A stretch of 64,000 nt of DNA from an uncultured Verrucomicrobiales bacterium (GTDB taxonomy: Bacteria; Verrucomicrobiota; Verrucomicrobiia; Verrucomicrobiales; DEV007): contig CAYGQD010000008.1 of assembly GCA_964351855.1 (NCBI GenBank), positions 5,937 through 69,936 on the forward strand. Reading direction: 5' to 3'. This document shows positions 18,613 through 28,184 of this stretch, piece after piece; the first letter of the stretch is position 1; every line of letters starts with the position of its first letter. The position numbers and the translations under genes are program-made. The notes under the pieces were generated by a model that saw only the letters and a program-made list of their open reading frames with translations, did not search any database and was not told the DNA's origin.

Positions 18613-20571
18613 ATGAAACATCCGCTCGCATCGCTGATCACCACGGCAGTCCTGCTCCTCCCCGGTTTGGCCGGAGCCCAAATAGTCACCGACTACTCGA
18701 CACTGCCTAATTCGCCCTCTTATGAGATGGCAGCATCTCCTTTGCGCAGCGCAACTGCCGCAGAATACAAATTCACGGAGGCAAGACTCTCGGATGTGCT
18801 CCAGTTGCTTGCGGATGAGGCGAACATCTCTTTCTTTTCCCTTCCTAACGGGACCGACTCAGGTGATCGCATCGTAACCTTCACGATCCATGCGAGCCCC
18901 TTCTTAGCTCTTGAGACGCTGGCGAAGTCCAATGGGATCGCTCTCATCTACGAAAACGGGATTTGGTATCTGAGACCTGAAAACGACACTCAACTGATCG
19001 GGCGCGTTTATCAGATTCAATATAACTCAAGAGAAACCATCAATGCGGGAGCCAATGGTGGGAACTTGGGACAAGTGGGTGGCACTGCGGGTGCCGGCGG
19101 TGCTCAAACCACCGGGATCGATCTCCAAGGCACGACCCAATCTTTTCAAACAGAACCCAGCCAACTCTTGGAAGACGTCCGCGAGTTGCTCGATATTCCG
19201 ACAGGAGCGTTTGGATTTATGGCCGGGGCAACTTCCGTCGATGCCCTTGCCTCAGGTCAAGGAGGAGCCAGCACGATCATTTTACCCTCTACGATCAACA
19301 ATGGCCCTCAAAGTGAAAGCACTGCCAATTCGGACGCAAAGGTGATCTGGAACTCAGACTCTAATACGCTCTATGTGGTGGCGACCCGCCAACAGCACCA
19401 ATGGATCGAAGGATACTTGGCCGCGTCCGATAAACCGCAGGATCAAATTGCGTTGGAGGTGAAGTTCTTGGAAACAAGCCGTGATCCTTCGATCGAGTTT
19501 GGCATCGACTGGTCCGGAACCCTGGCGGATGGATATGACGTCAGCCTCCAGGGTGCAGCAGGCGAAGACGGGGCTCAACTCGGTGCCGACGGAGCCGCCA
19601 TCTCCAACTTCATTAACTTGCAACGCGTTGGCGACTTTGAATTGCCTTCGACCGCTCTACTGAACTTCGAGTTTGTGCAAGCGAAGCTCCGTGCCTTTGC
19701 GGCCGATTCAGAGACGAAAACCGTCTCCTATCCTCGAATGGTCACGACGAACAACCGGGAGGTGATGCTCCGAAGCGTGGTGAACCAGCCGGTATTGGCA
19801 GCGACCGCCAGCACCTCGCTTGGTGCTGGAGCCACGACAACCCAATCGATCAGCTATCTTCCGATTGGCACCGTCCTGAATATCTTACCGAAGCGGTTAG
19901 GCAACGGAAAAATCCAGCTCAATATCGCATTGACGATTTCCAGCATCATTGGCGAAGAGATCATCAACGGGAATCCATTCCCGATCGCAAGTTCCCGCGT
20001 CTACAACGCTCCCGTTGAAGTTGACCCCGGTTACACGGTTGCGATCGGTGGTCTCGACGAAGCAAACTGGACCCAGCAGGAAGTAGGAATCCCTGCCTTG
20101 CGCAAGATTCCTGTTCTCGGCTATGCTTTTAAGAGCAAAAGCGGAGCACGTCAGCGCAAGAGCCTCATGATCATGATTACACCGAATATCATCGACACCA
20201 AAATGGGTGGCTTACCTGATGAGCCAATCTCAGCAATTCGGAATACGCCGAACGATGCGGCTCCTCCGCAGATCAAGTCCGATGGCACTCTGATTGATCG
20301 CTTGGAAGATCTTCAAGGGACCATGGTATCCTTGGATCGCGAGTGCGATTTGTTGGAAGAGAATCTCGAACGGATGAATGTAGAAAAAGTGCACAAGCAG
20401 CGCATCTCTGTTCTGCTCGGTTCCGTCAAATCCACGCGCAACAAGTTGTCTGCTTGGGCCCAAACCAGCCCTGAGCTTCAGAACGCGGTCGCGAGTTACG
20501 ATGAGCAACTGCATTCTATCCAAAACCGCTTGGAGAAAATGCAGCGCAAGGCCCGCTGGATGCAATACTAA
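18613..20571 (+). CDS. secretin (PilQ/GspD family) with C-terminal coiled-coil tail
   Basis: Signal peptide, N0-like domain (LSDVLQLLADEANISF...), Gly-rich linker, and a secretin core (IALEVKFLETS ... VAIGGL ... PVLGYAFKSK ... LMIMITPNII). A 124-aa heptad-rich tail follows. Confidence 0.9.
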   Translation: MKHPLASLITTAVLLLPGLAGAQIVTDYSTLPNSPSYEMAASPLRSATAAEYKFTEARLSDVLQLLADEANISFFSLPNGTDSGDRIVTFTIHASPFLALETLAKSNGIALIYENGIWYLRPENDTQLIGRVYQIQYNSRETINAGANGGNLGQVGGTAGAGGAQTTGIDLQGTTQSFQTEPSQLLEDVRELLDIPTGAFGFMAGATSVDALASGQGGASTIILPSTINNGPQSESTANSDAKVIWNSDSNTLYVVATRQQHQWIEGYLAASDKPQDQIALEVKFLETSRDPSIEFGIDWSGTLADGYDVSLQGAAGEDGAQLGADGAAISNFINLQRVGDFELPSTALLNFEFVQAKLRAFAADSETKTVSYPRMVTTNNREVMLRSVVNQPVLAATASTSLGAGATTTQSISYLPIGTVLNILPKRLGNGKIQLNIALTISSIIGEEIINGNPFPIASSRVYNAPVEVDPGYTVAIGGLDEANWTQQEVGIPALRKIPVLGYAFKSKSGARQRKSLMIMITPNIIDTKMGGLPDEPISAIRNTPNDAAPPQIKSDGTLIDRLEDLQGTMVSLDRECDLLEENLERMNVEKVHKQRISVLLGSVKSTRNKLSAWAQTSPELQNAVASYDEQLHSIQNRLEKMQRKARWMQY

Positions 20572-20618
20572 GCGCTTTTCAATCTTGCAAATTGGGCGGA
20601 CGATTTCCGCCGCACAGT

Positions 20619-20651
20619 AGCCCGGTGAGAGAAATCTCATCGGGCTTTTTT
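20619..20651 (+). terminator. rho-independent terminator after the secretin gene
   Basis: agcccggtgaga-GAAA-tctcatcgggct stem-loop followed by a run of six T. Confidence 0.6.
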
Positions 20652-21444
20652 ATCGTTTCGGAACCGTTTTGGGAGGACGACAGATTCCTTTTTCAGAGTC
20701 TTGCTCGATGAATTCAATGAACTGGAGCGCCGGCCCCTCCCATTCTCTCTTCTTCAGTTCTTCAAGCGCTTGCGGCTTGTTATATCCCCCTCGGAAAAAC
20801 ACATCATAGGCACGCTTCAAACTCCGACGGGATTCTGAATCGAACCCAGCCCTTCGAATCCCAACCACGTTGAGCCCGTGAACCTCATTGACCAAGGCAC
20901 AAAGGACAAAAGGAGGAACGTCTTGGCTAATCGAGCTATTCCCTTTCACCATACAAAAATCCCCTATCCGGATGAATTGGTGATAGGCGGACCCTCCTCC
21001 CAGGAAGTTGCGGTTCCCCATTTGGACGTGCCCTCCCAAGAGGACGTTGTTGGCAAGGACGTTGTTATTTCCAATGTGAACATCATGACCAAGATGGCTT
21101 CCCGCCATGAGATAGTTCCCATCTCCAATTGTCGTCGCGCTTCCTTCTTTCGATCCCCGGTGAACGGTCACGTGCTCGCGGAAGCGATTGTTCGGTCCGA
21201 TTTCCACTCGACTCGGTGTCGCGGCATCAAAACCGAGATCTTGCGGATCGCCTCCCAAGATCGTTCCCCCACCCACTTCACAGTTCGGTCCCAGCCGGAC
21301 GTGTCTCAAAATCTGAACCTGGCCCGCGATCTTGCAGCCGCTCTCAATCGTGGCTCCCGCATCGATGAATGAGAAGGGACCGATTTCCACATCGGGGGCA
21401 ATGGACGCCAATGGATCCACGAAAGCAGTGGGATGAATGTTCAC
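20650..21444 (-). CDS. lpxA: acyl-ACP--UDP-N-acetylglucosamine O-acyltransferase
   Basis: MNIHPTAFVDP start, hexapeptide-repeat left-handed beta-helix, helical C-terminal domain. 264 aa. Confidence 0.9.
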   Translation of the reverse strand: MNIHPTAFVDPLASIAPDVEIGPFSFIDAGATIESGCKIAGQVQILRHVRLGPNCEVGGGTILGGDPQDLGFDAATPSRVEIGPNNRFREHVTVHRGSKEGSATTIGDGNYLMAGSHLGHDVHIGNNNVLANNVLLGGHVQMGNRNFLGGGSAYHQFIRIGDFCMVKGNSSISQDVPPFVLCALVNEVHGLNVVGIRRAGFDSESRRSLKRAYDVFFRGGYNKPQALEELKKREWEGPALQFIEFIEQDSEKGICRPPKTVPKR

Positions 21445-21447
21445 GTT

Positions 21448-22155
21448 CTACAGGAGGTTGTATTCTCGAAAGCTGAAATAGGGTTCGCCGCGTTCATTCG
21501 GGGCGCCAATGATGATGTGGTCAGAGAAATTGATTCCCAGCTCTTGGCTGGCCCGGGTCAGTCTTTGGGTCAAACTCCGATCCGCAGCACTGGGATTGGG
21601 ATCACCGGATGGATGATTGTGCACCAGGATGAAGGAATGGGCCGCTTCAATCAAAACAACTCGCAGAATCTCTCCAGGATGGGCGAGACTTTCGTTTTTC
21701 GTTCCCCTGGTGACTTCTACGACCCGAATCAAGTTCCCTCGTGTATCCAAGAGAACCACACGCAGCGACTCCTGGCGAAGGGCGCGCATTTCTGCACCGA
21801 GAAGGTCATAGACTTTCTGGGGTTCATCCATGACCAGGGTTTTGACACGTTCACCCGCCAACCGATTTCCCAATTCAAATGCCGCCGCCAGTTGTGCACC
21901 TTTGGCAAGCCCAACGCCTTTCGTAGCGGCCAGTTCCATCACCGTGCAACGCGAAAGTTGAGCGAGCGATCCGTGCCGCTCCAGCAAGCTACGGGCCAGA
22001 TCTACCGCATTCATTCCCCGAATCCCGACCCGGAGAAATATAGCGAGGAGCTCGGAATCCGTCAGAGCAGCAGGCCCTCGCTTGGCGAGTTTTTCCCTCG
22101 GTCTGTCTTCGTCTGGTAAATCTCGAATTCTCGAACTGAGGGTGCGCTCCTCCAT
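21448..22155 (-). CDS. radC: RadC-family JAB/MPN domain protein
   Basis: HhH-like N-terminus (DSELLAIFLRVGIRGMNAVDLARSLL) and JAMM motif HNHPSGDPNPS. Confidence 0.85.
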   Translation of the reverse strand: MEERTLSSRIRDLPDEDRPREKLAKRGPAALTDSELLAIFLRVGIRGMNAVDLARSLLERHGSLAQLSRCTVMELAATKGVGLAKGAQLAAAFELGNRLAGERVKTLVMDEPQKVYDLLGAEMRALRQESLRVVLLDTRGNLIRVVEVTRGTKNESLAHPGEILRVVLIEAAHSFILVHNHPSGDPNPSAADRSLTQRLTRASQELGINFSDHIIIGAPNERGEPYFSFREYNLL

Positions 22156-22167
22156 GGGCTGACCTTT

Positions 22168-23202
22168 TCAAGAAAGTCGGCAACGGTCCAGTAAATCGTC
22201 GAGAAAATGCGTAATCTGCTCCAAGGCACTGGTGTGCTCATTGCCAGAAAGAACGATGAGGTGTTGGCGAGCCTCAACCAAAAGACCCTTCGCCGTTCTC
22301 ACGGCATTTTCCAGCGCTCCCTCATAGTCCGCAATATTGGCCAGCGCCGAGATATCGAAAGGCTCTTTCTGCACAAGAAGGCGAGAAAGCTTTTCCCGCT
22401 GCTTGTCCGTGGCATCGGCCAGAAGATTGAGAATCGGCAGCGTCAACTTCCCTTTTTCGAGATCGGTCCGGAGCGTTTTCCCGACGGCTTCTTCATCACC
22501 GATGAGATCGAGACAGTCATCGTAAACCTGATAGGCGACCCCGAGTTTCCGACCGTAACTGGCCAAGTTCTCGCAAACTGACGCGCTCGCCCCATTGACG
22601 CGGGCACCCAACTCGGTGGCGACCTCAAACAAGGCTGCCGTCTTCATCTCGATGATCCGGAAGTAATCCGGCTTGCTCAGTTTGAGGTCAAATCTCCGTT
22701 GGGTCTGGAGAATTTCGCCTTGGCAGACAAGGGATGCGGCTCGAGCAATTTTCCGAGCGATCTCCGAGTCGTCAAATTCAGTCGCCAGCATGAGGGAATG
22801 GGCAAATAGACTGTCACCCAACAATACACTGAGCCCGTTTCCCCACTTCGCACTCGCCGTCAACAGATCGCGGCGCTTCTCGGCCCCATCGATAATATCG
22901 TCATGAACCAGAGTCGCGATGTGAATCAGCTCTAGGATCGATCCCAATCGCGTGTGGTCGGAATGAGCCCCGCCCGTCGCACCGCCCGCCAACATGACCA
23001 AAGCGGGTCGGATGCGCTTACCGCTGGCACCGCACACGTAGGAAACATAACCCTCCACCCCTGGATCGAAGGCACGAACCTGATCTTCAAGGTGAGCTTC
23101 GACTTTGGCAATGTCAGCTCGGATCAGGTGAAACGGAAAGTCGCGTTGTTTGGTTGGCATAACGGCGGGTTCGCAAGTGGATTCTGTTAATTGGTTACGC
23201 AT
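22168..23202 (-). CDS. polyprenyl diphosphate synthase (trans-IPPS, long-chain type)
   Basis: First and second Asp-rich motifs LVHDDIIDG and YQVYDDCLD. Confidence 0.85.
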   Translation of the reverse strand: MRNQLTESTCEPAVMPTKQRDFPFHLIRADIAKVEAHLEDQVRAFDPGVEGYVSYVCGASGKRIRPALVMLAGGATGGAHSDHTRLGSILELIHIATLVHDDIIDGAEKRRDLLTASAKWGNGLSVLLGDSLFAHSLMLATEFDDSEIARKIARAASLVCQGEILQTQRRFDLKLSKPDYFRIIEMKTAALFEVATELGARVNGASASVCENLASYGRKLGVAYQVYDDCLDLIGDEEAVGKTLRTDLEKGKLTLPILNLLADATDKQREKLSRLLVQKEPFDISALANIADYEGALENAVRTAKGLLVEARQHLIVLSGNEHTSALEQITHFLDDLLDRCRLS

Positions 23203-23246
23203 GGCAATGCCAGCAGGATCTTCGGGATTGTCAACTTTCGCTAGCG

Positions 23247-23774
23247 GTGGCAGAGTCCGACTTCATCGTGGAAGAACTGTCTGAAAATCAAGCCGAGGAT
23301 TTGTGGTCAAAGGCGGTCAATTGCCAGGAGGGCGAGAAGAGCCTAGCTTGGCACGAACTTCTCGTTCGCCAACCGGCGGTTTACGAATATATCGTCGATC
23401 GCTCTGAAAACCGTTTTGAGCCAGAAATCGCGGAACTCATGGAGCAGACAGCGGCCACGGTATGGCGACTTTTCCACAGTGCTGATGATCATCTGGAGAA
23501 AGTGGATTCCTGGGCGATCCAAGATCTGGAGCGCTCCAATGCACCGATTCTTCAGCTCTTGAGTGATGAATCCAGCCTCGATGTCGATTTCGAAGCTCGG
23601 TTCGATCTTTTAATGGAGCATTCCAGCGATTTGCCCCAGCGCCATCTCTATCGGTTGACCTTCGAGCATCTGGAGGACGCCCATCGAGACCGGAACCCGG
23701 AATTGGACGATTTCAGCTTTGCGCTCCTCCTCTTTTATCTCCGAGTCGTGATTGATAGTCTGGATCAAGCCTGA
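23247..23774 (+). CDS. acidic hypothetical protein
   Basis: 175-aa ORF with a GTG start. No recognisable motif. Its composition is protein-like compared with the overlapping frames. Confidence 0.4.
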   Translation: MAESDFIVEELSENQAEDLWSKAVNCQEGEKSLAWHELLVRQPAVYEYIVDRSENRFEPEIAELMEQTAATVWRLFHSADDHLEKVDSWAIQDLERSNAPILQLLSDESSLDVDFEARFDLLMEHSSDLPQRHLYRLTFEHLEDAHRDRNPELDDFSFALLLFYLRVVIDSLDQA

Positions 23775-24015
23775 TTGCCGGGGCATCGATTCCCCGACCA
23801 AGACAGCATATCATCGTGTCTTCGCCAACCAAATTCTGAAGTCCGGTTTCCGGCCCAGCTTCCGAAAACGCGAGGGCGTCGAATTTCTCCGGACAACTCG
23901 GAAAGAATTGGCCAACGACCGCGTGTTGAGCATTGCTGACTATGGAGTCCATTCGCCCACCCTGCGTCTACGCAGCCAAAGCCTGGATTTTTCCGTAGAA
24001 GCCAGAAACACCAGC

Positions 24016-25473
24016 ATGAGTTCAACCCAACCAGCTACTATCAAAACGTCCGCGAAGCGCTTGTTCAAATGGGGACTTCCCCTTGCCATCATCGTGGTGG
24101 GTGGATTTCTCTTTTGGGACTCGAAACGGGAAGGACCCGGAGGACGAGATTTAGGAATCGTTCTTACTGCCCCGGTGGAAATCGGGACGTTCGTCCAAGA
24201 AATCGTCGAGAGCGGCGAGGTCGAAAGCTCCAGTAATGTCGAGATCCGTTGTGAAGTGGACACGGGATCCGGGGGAATCGCGATTCTCGAGATCGTCCCG
24301 GAAGGACTTTATGTCGAAGAAGGTGATTTCCTGATTCGACTGGACGATGCCGAGCGCCAGGAGCGCCTTGTCCTCCGCCAAATCGAGGTCAACGGCAGTC
24401 GGGCATCTCTCGCTCAGGCCAAGGCCGACCTCCAGCGGGCGAAACTCGAACTGGAAGAATACAAATCGGGAACGTTCCGCGAACAGGAAGAGCAAATGGA
24501 GAGTGAGGAGTTTGTTGCAAAAGAGAATCTCCGTCGGGCTCAAGAATATCTCCGCTACAGCCAAAGTCTGGCTGAGAAAGGCTATGTGTCTGAGGTCCAA
24601 CTGGAAGCAGATCGGTTTGCGGTCGAAAAAGCGACCAAAGAACTCGACGTCGCTCGGACCAAACTCGAGGTTCTTCGGACCTTCACTCGGGAAAAGATGA
24701 TGACGCAGATGGCGGCGGCTGTCGAAACGACCACCGCCAAACTCGCCTCTGCCGAGCGTGCCTACGCAATCGATCTCGAGCAAATGCAGGAAGAAGAGGA
24801 GCAGATTAAGCGCTGCGTCATCTATGCCCCGACAGCAGGCCAAGTCGTCTATGCCAACAAAACCACTTCCAATGGTGAACCCTTGATCGAAGAGGGGAAA
24901 TCCGTCATTGAGCGCCAACAGATCATCCGCCTTCCCGATCCAAAGCGGATGCAGGTGCAGGCCGAAGTGAACGAAGCGCGAATCGATCTGATCAAAGAAG
25001 GGATGCCGGTTGCGATTCGGGTGGACGCATTGCCTGGCGTTGATCTCGAGGGTGAACTCATGAAGGTGACTGAGTATCCCCTACCCCGGAAGAATTCCTA
25101 CGTCGCTCACATCAAAAACTACGGCGCGACGATTTTCATCAAGGAACCGCCAGAGGGCCTACGCCCCGGGATGACGGCTGAAGTCGCGATCCTGGTCCAG
25201 GCACGCGAAGACGCGACCAAAGTGCCCGTTCCTGCCGTTTTCGAGCGCGAATCTCGCTACTTCTGCCTTGTGAGTCAGGAAGACGAACCGTTGGCTGCCA
25301 GGGAAATCGAAATCGGCGCTTCGAACGAGAAGTACGTTTTGGTCGAGGCAGGTTTGCAGCCCAACGAGAACGTGGTTCTCAGCCCGGATACCTTCCTCGA
25401 AGAAATTGAACTCCCCGATCCGGCGGAATTGGTAGCCCGCAAGGCAGCGGCGAAGCAGTTGGCCGCGAAGTGA
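24016..25473 (+). CDS. HlyD/MacA-type periplasmic adaptor of an ABC efflux pump
   Basis: ORF 23752..25473 trimmed to the ATG at 24016, just before the TM anchor (LFKWGLPLAIIVVGGFLFW). Long coiled-coil hairpin and beta-barrel segments. Its stop overlaps the macB-like start (ATGA). Confidence 0.8.
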   Translation: MSSTQPATIKTSAKRLFKWGLPLAIIVVGGFLFWDSKREGPGGRDLGIVLTAPVEIGTFVQEIVESGEVESSSNVEIRCEVDTGSGGIAILEIVPEGLYVEEGDFLIRLDDAERQERLVLRQIEVNGSRASLAQAKADLQRAKLELEEYKSGTFREQEEQMESEEFVAKENLRRAQEYLRYSQSLAEKGYVSEVQLEADRFAVEKATKELDVARTKLEVLRTFTREKMMTQMAAAVETTTAKLASAERAYAIDLEQMQEEEEQIKRCVIYAPTAGQVVYANKTTSNGEPLIEEGKSVIERQQIIRLPDPKRMQVQAEVNEARIDLIKEGMPVAIRVDALPGVDLEGELMKVTEYPLPRKNSYVAHIKNYGATIFIKEPPEGLRPGMTAEVAILVQAREDATKVPVPAVFERESRYFCLVSQEDEPLAAREIEIGASNEKYVLVEAGLQPNENVVLSPDTFLEEIELPDPAELVARKAAAKQLAAK

Positions 25474-27596
25474 TGGTTGCCTCAACCGGCTCTGACGAGG
25501 CTTCACCGGCCCCTTCCTCGGACCGACCCGATGCGGTTCGAATCCATAATCTCCGCAAAGACTACCTCGTCGGAGGAGAAGCCCTTCACGTCCTCAAAGG
25601 CATCGATCTCGTCGTTCCTGAAGGAGACTATGTTGCGATCATGGGCCCGTCCGGTTCAGGAAAGAGCACGCTTCTCAATCTTCTGGGATGCCTGGATCAG
25701 GCTACCAGTGGCGATTTCCTCCTCGGTGGGGAAGAGGTTTCGACCTTGGATGATGATCGATTGGCGGCGATTCGCGCCAACAACATCGGCTTCGTCTTTC
25801 AGAGCTATAATCTCGTCACCACCCTCACGGTCGAAGAGAACATCCAGGCACCGCTTTTCTACGCCGGTCATATCACGGATGAGGATCGCCTGCGAAGCTT
25901 GAGCTTGGCGGAAAAAGTCGGGCTCGGAGACCGGCTGGATCATCGCCCGGCCCAGCTTTCCGGAGGACAGCAGCAACGCGCCGGCATTGCGCGCAGCCTG
26001 ATCAATAATCCTCGTTTCATTCTGGCCGATGAAGCGACGGGAAACCTGGATTCCGTGACCACGGAAGAAATTCTTGATCTGCTGGATGAACTCAACGCAG
26101 AAGGAAAGACCATTATTATGGTTACGCACGAGCCTGAGGTAGCGGACCGCGCCCGCAGGATCATCCGTCTTAAAGACGGAGTCATCCAAAGCGATGAACG
26201 TCTCCGGGCGATCGAAGCAGATCCCCAACCGGAAGAAGCCCACGAAGCCCCGCAGCTAGGCTTCCGTGACCGAGTTCAAACCGTGGTGAAGCAGTTTGCC
26301 CGCCCTTGGTTGCTGGGTGTGAAGAGCCTTTACCTCCATCCCATGAGGTCGCTCCTCACCGTCCTGGGAATCTTTATTGGGGTTGCTTCGGTCATTTGGC
26401 TTCTTGCTATTGGGGAAGGAATCAGCGCGAAAGCCCAGGAAGAAATCGCCAAACTGGGAGCAACCAACATCATCGTTAGCTCCGTTCAGCCTCCCCGAGA
26501 TCCCAAGAACCCCTACAATCGCCTCTACGGAGTCACAAAATCCGAGTTTGAAGGATTGGTAGAAACGATTCCAACGATTGAACGCGCCATCCCCTATCGC
26601 TACTTCAGCCGAGCCCACTACCAGTTTTCAGGGCGAACGGAATCGGCCCCGATCAAAGGAATCACCAGCGATTACCTGAAGTTCCACCACATGGAATTGG
26701 TGCGGGGCCACTTCATTTCCGCAACCGACTACTCCCAGGAAACGAAAGTTGTCGTCTTGGGAGCTTACCTGGCAAAAAACCTCTTTCCTTACGAGGAACC
26801 GATCGGGAAATCCGTTCAAATCACCACCTACGATCTGTCCGATTTCTACCGGGTCATTGGCGTCGCCAAACCGGCTGGTCTGACCGAAGAAGAACTGGAG
26901 GGAGAGGTAGACGCGAACATGGCCTTCATACCACTTTCGACCTACTGGCGGAACGTTTACGATTTCTACTCACGATCAGATACCGGGGAGCCGACCATCA
27001 GTTCCGTCACATTCCAAATCAGTGATCAAGATTCCGTTCGTCAAACTGCGGATATCATTCGGCAGCGACTCGATGCCCTGCATGAAAAGGACGATTTTGA
27101 TGTCCTGGTCCCTTTGGATTTGATGGAGCGAGCACAGAGCAGCCGTATCATGTTCATCGCCATGCTGGGGATGGTGGCGGCCATTTCGCTCATTGTGGGC
27201 GGCATCGGGATCATGAACATCATGCTGGCGACGGTGACGGAACGAACCCGCGAGATCGGGATTCGGCGAGCGCTCGGAGCCAAACAAAAGGACATCACAC
27301 GCCAGTTTCTCGTCGAAACGATCGTTCTCTCGGTCGTCGGAGGGATCGTTGGTATCATCGCGGGATTCCTCGCAAAGCCCGCGATCGTGGGAGCGCGTGC
27401 CTTCATTCAGTCCAGCGCCCCCAGCTTGATGGAAGCAGCCCCGGAATCGATCCAAACCATGGTTCCGATCATCGTCCCGTGGTCGATTCCGCTTGCCTTC
27501 GGCATCTCCGTTCTGGTTGGAGTCGTGTTTGGACTCTACCCGGCGAATCGCGCAGCGGCGATGAACCCGATCGAAGCGCTGCGCCACGTGAACTGA
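25470..27596 (+). CDS. macB: MacB-type ABC transporter, fused ATPase + FtsX-like permease
   Basis: Walker A GPSGSGKST, signature LSGGQQQR, Walker B FILADE. A large periplasmic loop and four TM helices of the FtsX/MacB permease follow. Confidence 0.9.
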   Translation: MMVASTGSDEASPAPSSDRPDAVRIHNLRKDYLVGGEALHVLKGIDLVVPEGDYVAIMGPSGSGKSTLLNLLGCLDQATSGDFLLGGEEVSTLDDDRLAAIRANNIGFVFQSYNLVTTLTVEENIQAPLFYAGHITDEDRLRSLSLAEKVGLGDRLDHRPAQLSGGQQQRAGIARSLINNPRFILADEATGNLDSVTTEEILDLLDELNAEGKTIIMVTHEPEVADRARRIIRLKDGVIQSDERLRAIEADPQPEEAHEAPQLGFRDRVQTVVKQFARPWLLGVKSLYLHPMRSLLTVLGIFIGVASVIWLLAIGEGISAKAQEEIAKLGATNIIVSSVQPPRDPKNPYNRLYGVTKSEFEGLVETIPTIERAIPYRYFSRAHYQFSGRTESAPIKGITSDYLKFHHMELVRGHFISATDYSQETKVVVLGAYLAKNLFPYEEPIGKSVQITTYDLSDFYRVIGVAKPAGLTEEELEGEVDANMAFIPLSTYWRNVYDFYSRSDTGEPTISSVTFQISDQDSVRQTADIIRQRLDALHEKDDFDVLVPLDLMERAQSSRIMFIAMLGMVAAISLIVGGIGIMNIMLATVTERTREIGIRRALGAKQKDITRQFLVETIVLSVVGGIVGIIAGFLAKPAIVGARAFIQSSAPSLMEAAPESIQTMVPIIVPWSIPLAFGISVLVGVVFGLYPANRAAAMNPIEALRHVN

Positions 27597-27709
27597 TTCC
27601 GTTCCCCCACGTTTTAGCGTTCTGTTAGGAGAAAACTTGGCTCAAGGCTTGCAGCCGGAGTCAATCCTGCTAACCTCGCGATTTAACTCGGCACGCTTTC
27701 CATTCCCCT

Positions 27710-28180
27710 ATGTACAAAATCGGTTTCGACGACTCCATCGACATCATTCTCAAGCGTGATCCCCGCTTTCATCGTGATGCTTACCTCTTCCTGCGTGAAT
27801 CGCTGGATCTCGCCGTGAAAAGCGAAGGAAAAGAACGCAATCTGGAAGCCGGGCGTCATGTCCGTGGGCCTCAGTTGCTGGATGGATTTCGCCTCCTGGC
27901 GATCGAAAGTTTCGGCCCCATGGCTCCTACGGTTTTGGAAGAATGGGGAATTACCCAAACCAGCGACATTGGTGACATGGTCTTCAACTTGATTGAAGAA
28001 GGCAGTTTGTCCCGGACCACGGATGACTCTCCGGAGGATTTCGCTGACATTTTTGATTTTCACGACGCCTTTGTCGTTCCTTATCTACCGGTCAACCAGG
28101 ACCCCAAGTCCAAGCGATCCGTGTATCCCAATCCGGAAGGTGGAGCCCTTTTCTCCAACCAGAGCGACGGTCAAGAATAA
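27710..28180 (+). CDS. conserved hypothetical protein (resembles a small PVC-restricted family)
   Basis: 156-aa ORF that ends 4 nt before the M16 peptidase start. The family assignment is from memory only. Confidence 0.5.
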   Translation: MYKIGFDDSIDIILKRDPRFHRDAYLFLRESLDLAVKSEGKERNLEAGRHVRGPQLLDGFRLLAIESFGPMAPTVLEEWGITQTSDIGDMVFNLIEEGSLSRTTDDSPEDFADIFDFHDAFVVPYLPVNQDPKSKRSVYPNPEGGALFSNQSDGQE

Positions 28181-28184
28181 CCTT

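Noticed and set aside
9110-20571. Interpretation of the cluster as a canonical type II secretion system
   Set aside because: A PilT-type ATPase and PilM/N/O-like architecture are present. I recognised no GspC/L/M or five-member GspG-K set. I therefore favour a T4P-like machine, although formal HMM searches are required.
21448-22155. RadC/JAB gene as part of a defence or mobile element
   Set aside because: It is tightly packed between lpxA and a polyprenyl synthase, with the same strand and composition. No partner genes (toxin, methylase or phage genes) are present, so the context is ordinary chromosomal.
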